From the NCBI GenBank assembly GCA_031409335.1, contig JANNWY010000020.1:1-14877 (forward strand): a stretch of 14,877 nt of DNA, read 5' to 3'. The notes under the pieces are model-generated. The model was given only the letters and a program-made list of their open reading frames with translations, made no database searches and was not told the DNA's origin. Each line of letters begins with the position of its first letter. The first letter of the stretch is position 1. Below are positions 7,916 to 14,877 of the stretch, piece after piece. This DNA is from Chthoniobacteraceae bacterium. GTDB lineage: Bacteria; Verrucomicrobiota; Verrucomicrobiia; Chthoniobacterales; Chthoniobacteraceae. Made by a program: the position numbers and the translations under genes.

Positions 7916-8079
7916 AAATTCCAAGCACCAAGCGCCAAATTCCAAATAAATTTCAAAGACGGAAAAGGCTGCAAATTTCAAAACGGAATACCCGTGGCGC
8001 GTCGGTGTCTGGTTTGAAATTTTCCGCAGTTTTGGCGGCTGGAATTTATTTGGAATTTGGGCCCTGGAGCTTGGAATTT
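7916..8079. repeat. 164-bp imperfect inverted-repeat element built from heptamer units
   Basis: Arms 7916-7955 and 8040-8079 match 35/40 as reverse complements; units AAATTCC/AAGCACC/AAGCGCC/AAATTCC; inner AAATTTCAAA/TTTGAAATTT pairing. Confidence 0.85.
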
Positions 8080-8143
8080 CCCCCTCGCGCCCGCTTGTTT
8101 TCTCCTTGGACTTGCGTCGCAAATTCCTTTCTAACTGCGCGCC

Positions 8144-9409
8144 ATGTTTCAGTCCGGCGCACAGTTTATGATCCTCGTGGCGCTCGTGGGTCTGGTGCTG
8201 ATGCGCGAGTCGCGACAGCCGCCGATCGACGGGCTCGATGAAGGATTTGCCGATTTCCTCGCGATCAATGCACGCCGTGCCGGGGAGGCCGCGCCAGTCA
8301 CACTCGTGGCGATCGACGAGGGGAGTTTGAAGGAGCGCCCGTGGCCTTGGACACCGCTGGAATACGCGATTTTTTTCCAGGCGGCGGAAGGATTCAAACC
8401 TGCCGCGTCGGCGACGAACGAGGTGCTGCGCTGGGATCTCAAACAAATATCGCCCGACGCCGGACGCAAGGTTTCCCAGTATCAGAAAATTTTGCGCGAG
8501 CACATTCTGCGGTCGTCGAAAGTCCTGCTCGGTGCGCAGCTCGGCTATCCCGAGGATTCCACGATGCCGCCGCCAGTGCAGGAAACGCCGCTCATCCGCA
8601 ATGTCAGCGGCGACCTCAGCGGCATCCCGGAATTCACTGCGATCGAAGCGCAGGCGGATGAAGACTTCCGGCTTTCGAGCGTCACGGGTTTTGCGAATCT
8701 GCCGCTCCCAGCCCGGCACACGCGGACGATTCCGCTCGTCCTGCGGTATCACGGGCAGGTCGTGCCGAGCTTCGTTTTGCAGGCGATTTTGATGTGGGAA
8801 AAATTGACGACCGACGATGTCACCGTGGAACCCGGCGTGCGCATCTCGCTCGCGGATCGCGTGCAAATTCCCATCGATCGCGAAGGCCGGATGCGCATCG
8901 ACTTTGGCGTGCATCGGCGGCGCTGCGGCTTCGATGATTTGGTGCTTGCCAGCGACCAGCTTGAAAATGGCCGGGACACGATCGTCCCGCGCGAATGGCT
9001 CGGGGGGAAAATGCTGCTGCTCGCGCGGACGGATGCGGCGGCGAAAAAAACGTCGTTCGCACCGGGTCGCACGGCGTCTGTCGGCGAACTTTTTGCAGCG
9101 GCGATCGGCACCGTGCAAAACCGATCTTTCATCAAACGCGCGCCGCCGTGGTTCGACTACGGCATCGTCGGAGTGATGGTGCTGGTCGCGCGGGCGTGCC
9201 GGCGCTGGCGGAAGTTTTCCACCGTCTTGATCCTGCTGCTCGGCACAGTCGCTTACGTGATGCTGGCGGTCACATTTTTCGGTTACACGCTCACGTGGGT
9301 GCCGATCATCCTGCCCGCGGGGCTCGCGCTTTTCATCGCGCTGTTCCGCATCGCCACGCCGGGCGTGGAGTCAAAGTGGGACGCGCCGCCGAAGGAATAC
9401 CGTCATTGA
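8144..9409 (+). CDS. CHASE2-domain membrane protein without cytoplasmic output domain
   Basis: N-terminal TM; PVTLVAIDEGSL..RPWPW; GFANLP...R.IPLV...G.VVPSFVLQA; IPIDREGRMRIDF; GKMLLL; three C-terminal TM helices, then only a short tail. Confidence 0.8.
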   Translation: MFQSGAQFMILVALVGLVLMRESRQPPIDGLDEGFADFLAINARRAGEAAPVTLVAIDEGSLKERPWPWTPLEYAIFFQAAEGFKPAASATNEVLRWDLKQISPDAGRKVSQYQKILREHILRSSKVLLGAQLGYPEDSTMPPPVQETPLIRNVSGDLSGIPEFTAIEAQADEDFRLSSVTGFANLPLPARHTRTIPLVLRYHGQVVPSFVLQAILMWEKLTTDDVTVEPGVRISLADRVQIPIDREGRMRIDFGVHRRRCGFDDLVLASDQLENGRDTIVPREWLGGKMLLLARTDAAAKKTSFAPGRTASVGELFAAAIGTVQNRSFIKRAPPWFDYGIVGVMVLVARACRRWRKFSTVLILLLGTVAYVMLAVTFFGYTLTWVPIILPAGLALFIALFRIATPGVESKWDAPPKEYRH

Positions 9410-9491
9410 GCCGCGGCTGATTTGCGCGTCGGCGATGCGTCGCGAAAGACGTTGCCAACGAAGCGGGCGACCGACACTTTCCGCCAACCGC

Positions 9492-10877
9492 ATGGGACCA
9501 ATCACCTTCACCAATCTCACGCGGGCCGTTGAAATCGGCGCGAACTGCTACGTGCTCGATGCCGCCGGGAAACGCATCGTTTTGGACTGCGGCCTGCATC
9601 CGAAATTTGACGGCGAGCAGGCGATGCCAAATCTCGCGCTGCTGCCGGATGAATCAGTCGATGCGATCGTCCTTTCCCACGCGCATCAGGATCATCTCGG
9701 CTCGCTGCCAGTGCTGATGCGGCGGCAATCGCAGCCGCCGGTTTTCATGACGGAAGCGACCCGGCAGTTGAGCGACATCATGCTGCACAATTCGGTGAAC
9801 GTGATGCTGAAGAAAAAGGAGGACGGCGTGAGTGAGTATCCGCTTTTTGCGCATCGCGAAGTGGATCGCTGCACGAAGCGCTGGCGCGGCATTCCGCTGC
9901 ATCAAAAGTTCGATCTCTCCGGGCAGCGGCTCGGGCCGAATGACGAGGAGGAAGTGAGCATCGAGTTTTTCAACGCGGGCCACATCCTCGGCTCGGTCGG
10001 GACGCTGATTCGCGCGGCGGGACGAAAGATTTTTTACACGGGCGATGTGAACTTTGAAAATCAGTCGGTGATGCAGGGCGCGCGTTTTCCGGAGGAGCCG
10101 CTTGATGTGCTGATCATCGAGACGACGCGCGGCGACCGGCCCACGCCAGAGGGCTTTTCGCGCGCCGCCGAGGGCGAGCGGCTGGCGGTGGCGATGCGCG
10201 AGGCGTTTGCCCGTGGCGGCGGGGTGATGATGCCTCTGTTCGCGCTCGGAAAAACGCAGGAATTGCTCGCGATGTTTTTTGAATTCCGCAAGCGCGGCTG
10301 GATGAAGCGCGACACGCCGATCTACATCGGCGGCCTCGGCGCGAAGCTGACGGAAGTCCACGACAAACTCGCGCATCACGCGCCGCGCCTGAGCCACGAA
10401 TTGCAACTGCTCGACACCGTCGCGCCATTCGTCGTGGCCGGGCAGCAGGCGATGACGCTGCCGTTCAAACCGGGCCGCGTGTATGCGCTTTCGAGCGGCA
10501 TGATGACGGAGAAAACGCTGTCGAACAGTTTCGCGCGCCACATGCTCAGCGATGAGAAGAATCTGCTGGTTTTCGTCGGCTACGCAGACCCGGATTCACC
10601 CGCGGGGAAAATCCGCGAGGCGCAGCGCGGCGACATGGTGCAGCTCAGTGCCGACATCCCGGCGCAGCTGCTGAGTTGCCATGTGGAAAAATTCAACTTC
10701 AGCGGCCATGCGTCGCGCGAAAGTTTGCGCGAATACGCGATCAAGGTGACGCCAAAAAAAATCATCCTGGTTCACGGCGACACCGAGGCGATCGAATGGT
10801 TCCGCGCGACCCTTTCCGTCGATCTCCCTGGCTGCGAAATCCTGACGCCGACGCCGGGGAAGGCGATCGAGCTATAG
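9492..10877 (+). CDS. metallo-beta-lactamase / beta-CASP family ribonuclease
   Basis: EIGANCY, LDCG, SHAHQDH, AGHILGS, YTGD, IIETT, PLFALGKTQE, FVGY, FSGHA, LVHG; start at ATG 9492. Confidence 0.93.
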   Translation: MGPITFTNLTRAVEIGANCYVLDAAGKRIVLDCGLHPKFDGEQAMPNLALLPDESVDAIVLSHAHQDHLGSLPVLMRRQSQPPVFMTEATRQLSDIMLHNSVNVMLKKKEDGVSEYPLFAHREVDRCTKRWRGIPLHQKFDLSGQRLGPNDEEEVSIEFFNAGHILGSVGTLIRAAGRKIFYTGDVNFENQSVMQGARFPEEPLDVLIIETTRGDRPTPEGFSRAAEGERLAVAMREAFARGGGVMMPLFALGKTQELLAMFFEFRKRGWMKRDTPIYIGGLGAKLTEVHDKLAHHAPRLSHELQLLDTVAPFVVAGQQAMTLPFKPGRVYALSSGMMTEKTLSNSFARHMLSDEKNLLVFVGYADPDSPAGKIREAQRGDMVQLSADIPAQLLSCHVEKFNFSGHASRESLREYAIKVTPKKIILVHGDTEAIEWFRATLSVDLPGCEILTPTPGKAIEL

Positions 10878-10895
10878 ACGAGCGGGCACCGGAGA

Positions 10896-11064
10896 TTCCG
10901 GGTAGCACGCTCGTCCCGAGCGTTGGTCTTGGCGTCCCGCCAAGACGGACATTGAAAAGCGTGATTGTTCGATTGCGCTAAATGTTGTCTGCGGGCCGCG
11001 CCGCTGAAAGTTCATTTCGGCGGGACGCCGAAACCAACGCTCGAGACGAGCGTGCTACCCGGAA
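10896..11064. repeat. GTAG-type REP doublet (REPIN-like) between convergent genes
   Basis: 55-bp arms 10896-10950 and 11010-11064 match 48/55 in inverted orientation; each has GTAG followed by two short hairpins. Confidence 0.85.
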
Positions 11065-11068
11065 AATC

Positions 11069-11740
11069 TCAGCGCGCCTCGGTCTTGCCGCTGCTCAATT
11101 TCATCCCCACGAAATAAAGCACGCACACCACGAGCACCGTGGCGATGATCCAGTGGGATTCATGTTTCACCGCGGCGACGAGCGCCACGGGATCGAGTGA
11201 ATCCTTGCCCTCGGCGCGCAGCTTGTCGCCGACTCTGGCACCGAGCCACGCGAGCACTGAGCACCAGATGGCTGCGCCGACCGTGGTGAGGATGCTGAAT
11301 TTCAAAAAACCCATGCGGATGATGCCCGCCGGTATGGAAATGAGATGACGGATGACGGGGAGCAGCCGCGCAAAAAAAATGCCGCCGGCTTCGTAGCGGT
11401 GCATGAAACGCTCGGCGCGTTCCAGTTTGTCCGGCGGAATGAAGAAATATTTGCCCCATCGCAAGATGACCGGCCGACCGACAACCAGCGCCACCCAGTA
11501 TGTAATCGCGGAACCGAGCCACGATCCGAAGGTGCCCGCCGCGATCACGCCAGTGATTGTCATTTTCCCGCCCGAGGCGGCAAGAATGGCCGCGGGTGGA
11601 ATGACGATCTCGCTCGGCACGGGAAAGATCGAGCTTTCCATGGCCATGAGGATGATGACGCCGGGGTAGCCCCAGTTTTCGACCCAGCCGAGGTACATCG
11701 GGACGAGTCCGTGGAGCCAGTTGATGAATTCTTGGAGCAT
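11069..11740 (-). CDS. DedA family membrane protein
   Basis: WGYPGVIILMAMESSIFPVPSEIV, GTFGSWLG..I.Y..G, AERFMHRY...IFFARLLPVIRHLISIPAG..RM...F; start at ATG 11740. Confidence 0.95.
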   Translation of the reverse strand: MLQEFINWLHGLVPMYLGWVENWGYPGVIILMAMESSIFPVPSEIVIPPAAILAASGGKMTITGVIAAGTFGSWLGSAITYWVALVVGRPVILRWGKYFFIPPDKLERAERFMHRYEAGGIFFARLLPVIRHLISIPAGIIRMGFLKFSILTTVGAAIWCSVLAWLGARVGDKLRAEGKDSLDPVALVAAVKHESHWIIATVLVVCVLYFVGMKLSSGKTEAR

Positions 11741-11798
11741 TGAGCCGCGACCTGTAGCGGCGGCAAGCCGGGTGGGCAACCGCTGATATCGACCGCGC

Positions 11799-11918
11799 CT
11801 ACATCAGCCAGCGCATGAGCAGCGCGGTGAAAATCGCGCCGGCAACAAGTTCGACTTTGGTCTGAAATCCGAAGGAGTGGAAATCGACTTTGGGCAGCCG
11901 GATCGGAGAGCGTTTCAT
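11799..11918 (-). CDS. 39-aa small hydrophobic protein (not in ORF track)
   Basis: MKRSPIRLPKVDFHSFGFQTKVELVAGAIFTALLMRWLM; fits cleanly between GT2-MT and dedA; sigma54-like promoter immediately upstream. Confidence 0.55.
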   Translation of the reverse strand: MKRSPIRLPKVDFHSFGFQTKVELVAGAIFTALLMRWLM

Positions 11919-11931
11919 GGACGCACTGCGT

Positions 11932-11947
11932 AGCAGCGCATGTGCCA
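11932..11947 (-). promoter_or_regulatory. putative sigma54 (-24/-12) promoter
   Basis: TGGCACATGCGCTGCT, with GG-N10-GC spacing; 13 nt before the 39-aa ORF ATG. Confidence 0.55.
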
Positions 11948-11970
11948 GCCGTCCGACGGTGTTTTACGAA

Positions 11971-13479
11971 TCAGACCGGCACCGCCTGCTTCTTCAGTTC
12001 GCCGCTCGCCTCGATGGTTTCCTCGAGGAGATTTGGGACGGTCGGGCGGGCCTGGGCGCGGACGTAGATCTGGTAGCTGAAGAGGCCGCGCAGCAGCTTG
12101 ATCATGAAAACGTTGAATCCAAGCAGGCAGCGGCTCACCACGTTGTCGCCGATCGCCTTCGGAAACGGCGCCGGGATGCCGCGCATCTCGATCACCTTGT
12201 AGCCGGTTTGCTCGAAGAGTTCGCGCAGCGACCGGAAGGTGAACAGCCGCGTGTGCGTGCGGTCGAGGATGCCTTTGCGACCGTAGTTAAATTCACCCAA
12301 CAGCAGCGCGAGGCGGGTGATTCCAAAGGCGACGTTCGCGGTCGTGAGAATGATCTCGGGGCGCTGGTGCCCGGTCGCGGCGCGCAGGTTTTCCATGAAG
12401 ATCTCGGGGTCGTGCAGATGCTCGATCACGTCCAGCATGAAGATCTGATCGAAGCGCGAGATTTCGACGGGGAATTCCTCCTTGTCGAGATCCCAGCGCG
12501 TGAGCTGCACATTCGGCGCGGGCGCTTCGGCGGGAACGTATTGGTCGATGCCAGTGACGTGGCCGGCGACCTTCGCGAGTTCCGCCGCGACGTAGCCCTG
12601 GCCGCAGCCGATATCGAGCACCGTTCCGCCCGGCTTTGCGCTTTCGATCGCGTAGGTGTGTGAAGAGGGAAAGCCGAGCTTCACGTCGTAGGTCAACTCG
12701 ACCTGGCCGACGTCGAATTTGCGATCGTACAGCAGATTCTTCTCGTGGCATTTCGCCCGGAGCATCGTCTTGAAAATGTCCCACGCGTATTTCAACCCGT
12801 TCACGTGGCAGATTTCATCGCCGTAATAGGTCGGGATCGGAATCTCAAGGATTCGCATTCCGGCGAAGTGCAGTTGCACGATGATGTCGGTGTCAAAGTG
12901 GAAGTCGTTCGAGTTGCGCTCGAATGGAATCCGCGCGAGCGCCTTCACCGAGTAAAGCCGGTAGCCGCTGTGAAACTCGCTGAGGTCCGAACCGAGCAGC
13001 GTGTTTTGAAAGCGCGTCAGCACTTGATTCCCGACCCATTTGTAAAGCGGCATCCCGCCTTTCAGCGCGTCGGATTTGTGGATCATCCGCGAGCCGAAAA
13101 CGGCGTCCGCTTCTTCGTTGAGAAACGGTTTCACCAGATCGGGCAGCTTCTCCGGCGCATACTGCCCGTCGCCGTGGATCAGCGCCACGATGTCGAAGCC
13201 GTGGTCGATCGCGTAGCGGTAGCCGAGTTTTTGATTGCCGCCGTAGCCCTGATTTTCCGGGTTGCGCAGCATCACGATCTTGAACGGCCCACTTTGCCGC
13301 TCGCGCTTCAGGCCCGCGTGAAATGTGGCGTCCTTGCTGAAATCGTCGATCACCAACACTTCCACGTTTGGCACGCGCAGCTCGTCGGGGATGCGATCGA
13401 GGACGCTCTCGATGGTTTTCTCCGCGTTGTAAGCGACGACGAAAATGAGCAGACGCTTTTCAGCGAGATCGATGGGCAT
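11971..13479 (-). CDS. GT2 (DPM1/ArnC-like) glycosyltransferase fused to class I SAM-dependent methyltransferase
   Basis: N-terminal FVVAYNAE, VIDDFSKD, NQGYGG, IHGDGQY, VFGSR, HSGYRLY, FDTDI; C-terminal VLDIGCGQG, VTGID, LDVIEHL, GILDRTH.RLFT; start at ATG 13479. Confidence 0.92.
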   Translation of the reverse strand: MPIDLAEKRLLIFVVAYNAEKTIESVLDRIPDELRVPNVEVLVIDDFSKDATFHAGLKRERQSGPFKIVMLRNPENQGYGGNQKLGYRYAIDHGFDIVALIHGDGQYAPEKLPDLVKPFLNEEADAVFGSRMIHKSDALKGGMPLYKWVGNQVLTRFQNTLLGSDLSEFHSGYRLYSVKALARIPFERNSNDFHFDTDIIVQLHFAGMRILEIPIPTYYGDEICHVNGLKYAWDIFKTMLRAKCHEKNLLYDRKFDVGQVELTYDVKLGFPSSHTYAIESAKPGGTVLDIGCGQGYVAAELAKVAGHVTGIDQYVPAEAPAPNVQLTRWDLDKEEFPVEISRFDQIFMLDVIEHLHDPEIFMENLRAATGHQRPEIILTTANVAFGITRLALLLGEFNYGRKGILDRTHTRLFTFRSLRELFEQTGYKVIEMRGIPAPFPKAIGDNVVSRCLLGFNVFMIKLLRGLFSYQIYVRAQARPTVPNLLEETIEASGELKKQAVPV

Positions 13480-13557
13480 GAGTGCGGGAAAAGTAGCGGG
13501 CAACGTGCCTGAGTCGAGCAAACGCCCGCGCTCATTCAAACAACTTCGCCGCCCGGA

Positions 13558-14415
13558 CTACCGCGGCGTGGCTTTCGCGGCGATTTTTTCGCGGCCTTGA
13601 TCGAGGATTTTTCGCTCCGCGCGGGTGAGGCTCTGCATGCCGTCGCGCGAGATTTTCTCCAGGATCGGGTCAATCTCCATGCTGATGAATTGATCCGGCG
13701 ACATGCGTTCGCGCCGGGCTGCGCGCTGGCGCTTTTCGAACAGGTAGCGCTGGAAAAAAAGCGGGTTGCCGAAGCCGAGTTGGCGGGCGGAAAGCCAGCC
13801 CACCGCGCAACCCGCCAGCAGGGCGGCCGGGCTGATTTCGGGCGATACGCCGGCATACCAGAGGATCGCACAGACGATCACCACCGCTGCGGCGAGGTGT
13901 TTTGCGCGCAATCGCACGGGCAGGACGAAGAACAGATTCATCGTGACCTCAAGTTCGGGCAGGGTCGTCGTGAAAGCGACGAGCAGGGCGACCACGCCAG
14001 CCGTCATCCCGATGAGCGCCACGCTCGGAGTGAACAACCAATGGGCGAGCCCGCCGACCAGCGTTCCGAGGACGAAAAGCCCAACGAAACGTTTCTTGCC
14101 GAGGATCGGCTCGAGTTCGCGACCGACCAGAAACAGAAGCAGCGCATTTGCCAGCGCGTGAAACGGACCGGAATGGAGCAGGAAGAAGCTGATAAATTGC
14201 CAATAGCTCCCCGCCGCCACGCCCGCACCGCTCAACCCGAGTAAATCCGGCAGCCACCCCTGCGGCAACCCGCGATCCACCGCGAACCCCTTTTCCATGC
14301 ACAACTGAAAAGTATAGGCAAACGCCAGCACGCCCAGAAGCACTGCCGTGGCCGTGACACGACCCTCGGCCCAGCGGCGCGTGAGTTGCGGCATTTGACG
14401 GCGGGAGGGACGCAT
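13558..14415 (-). CDS. rhomboid-family intramembrane protein, probably catalytically inactive, with C-terminal DUF6576-like domain
   Basis: YWQFISFFLLHSGPFHALAN, G.ELE..LG..RF..LF..G...GG; LIGMTAG and ISPAALLAG at the catalytic positions; C-terminal IDPILEKISRDGMQSLTRAERKIL. Confidence 0.87.
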   Translation of the reverse strand: MRPSRRQMPQLTRRWAEGRVTATAVLLGVLAFAYTFQLCMEKGFAVDRGLPQGWLPDLLGLSGAGVAAGSYWQFISFFLLHSGPFHALANALLLFLVGRELEPILGKKRFVGLFVLGTLVGGLAHWLFTPSVALIGMTAGVVALLVAFTTTLPELEVTMNLFFVLPVRLRAKHLAAAVVIVCAILWYAGVSPEISPAALLAGCAVGWLSARQLGFGNPLFFQRYLFEKRQRAARRERMSPDQFISMEIDPILEKISRDGMQSLTRAERKILDQGREKIAAKATPR

Positions 14416-14424
14416 GATGGGCGC

Positions 14425-14453
14425 ACGTTAGGCTCGAAAAATCGCTATGTAAA
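14425..14453 (-). promoter_or_regulatory. putative sigma70 promoter of the rhomboid-like gene
   Basis: TTTACA (14453-14448), 17 bp, TAACGT (14430-14425, same -10 as the rrn promoter), 9 nt before ATG. Confidence 0.6.
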
Positions 14454-14486
14454 ACCGGATTTCGCGCCCATCCGGGATGCCGTTCA

Positions 14487-14502
14487 TGGCACGGGCTTTG
14501 CG
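14487..14502 (+). promoter_or_regulatory. sigma54 (-24/-12) promoter
   Basis: TGGCACGGGCTTTGCG matches consensus TGGCACG-N4-TTGC; intergenic, upstream of the TonB-dependent receptor. Confidence 0.8.
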
Positions 14503-14571
14503 TCATCGCATTTGAGAATCGGCCCATTTTCCAACGGGACCGTGAGCCGATTCCACTGCCTGAAAAGTCCC

Positions 14572-14877
14572 GTGAAAATCCAATCCACCAGCTCCTGCCG
14601 CGCCGCACTCGTACTTGCCTCGCTCCTTTCCGCGCATTCGCTGGCGGAGCCGGCAGGAGGCCTCTTGGATCTCAATATCGAGGAACTCGGCGCGATCAAG
14701 ATCGACACGGTTTTCGCGGCGTCAAAGTTTGGCGAGAAAGTGACCGACGCACCGTCGTCGGTGACGATCCTGACTCGCGACGAGATCGCGCGGCTGGGCT
14801 ATCGCACGCTGGAGGATGCGGTGCGCGGGGTGCGCGGCTTCGATGTGACCAATGACCGCTCCTACGACAACACGGGC
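14572..14877 (+). CDS. TonB-dependent receptor, N-terminal signal and plug region (truncated by window edge; not in ORF track)
   Basis: MKIQSTSSCRAALVLASLLSAHSLA-EPAGGLLDLNIEELGAIKIDTVFAASKFGEKVTDAPSSVTILTRDEIARLGYRTLEDAVRGVRGFDVTNDRSYDNTG; start uncertain (in-frame GTG 14542, TTG 14512). Confidence 0.9.
   Translation, partial: MKIQSTSSCRAALVLASLLSAHSLAEPAGGLLDLNIEELGAIKIDTVFAASKFGEKVTDAPSSVTILTRDEIARLGYRTLEDAVRGVRGFDVTNDRSYDNTG

Noticed and set aside
7594..7974. 127-aa N-terminal extension of ORF 6805..7974
   Set aside because: Runs antisense through the SRP RNA and the repeat; the membrane anchor begins at ATG 7593
7916..11064. Repeats as a CRISPR array or IS element
   Set aside because: They are inverted pairs, not direct repeat-spacer arrays; no cas or transposase genes in the window
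3500..13512. Long opposite-strand ORFs (3500..4621, 4986..5720, 5803..7326, 7682..9118, 9654..10541, 11890..12663, 12745..13512)
   Set aside because: Antisense shadows of well-supported genes, expected at high GC; no recognisable motifs

Overview
High-GC, mostly core chromosomal window. The 16S sequence and gene set point to a Verrucomicrobiota bacterium, probably Chthoniobacterales/Spartobacteria-like (inference). Left to right: 5' end of a minus-strand 16S rRNA gene with its leader, boxB/boxA and sigma70 promoter; an ATGA-coupled minus-strand chain (KTSC-domain protein with signal-like N-terminus, unannotated 51-aa membrane peptide, doubtful 61-aa ORF); an aldo/keto-reductase-fold gene; a lipoprotein; tRNA-Ser(GCT); a minus-strand run, in transcription order coiled-coil membrane protein, unannotated 59-aa lipoprotein, GT9 heptosyltransferase, adk, fmt, uracil-DNA glycosylase; SRP RNA (ffs) followed by a 164-bp heptamer-built inverted-repeat element; a stand-alone CHASE2 sensor; a beta-CASP ribonuclease; a GTAG-type REP doublet; DedA; a 39-aa ORF with a sigma54-like promoter; a GT2-methyltransferase fusion; a rhomboid-fold protein lacking its catalytic dyad; and the start of a sigma54-driven TonB-dependent receptor. 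No CRISPR, prophage or transposase was seen. Best leads: the possibly exported KTSC module, two apparent pseudo-enzymes, two envelope proteins sharing a beta-rich C-terminal domain, an output-less CHASE2, two non-coding repeat elements and a recurring near-leaderless promoter layout. All family calls come from motif recognition by eye, not database searches.
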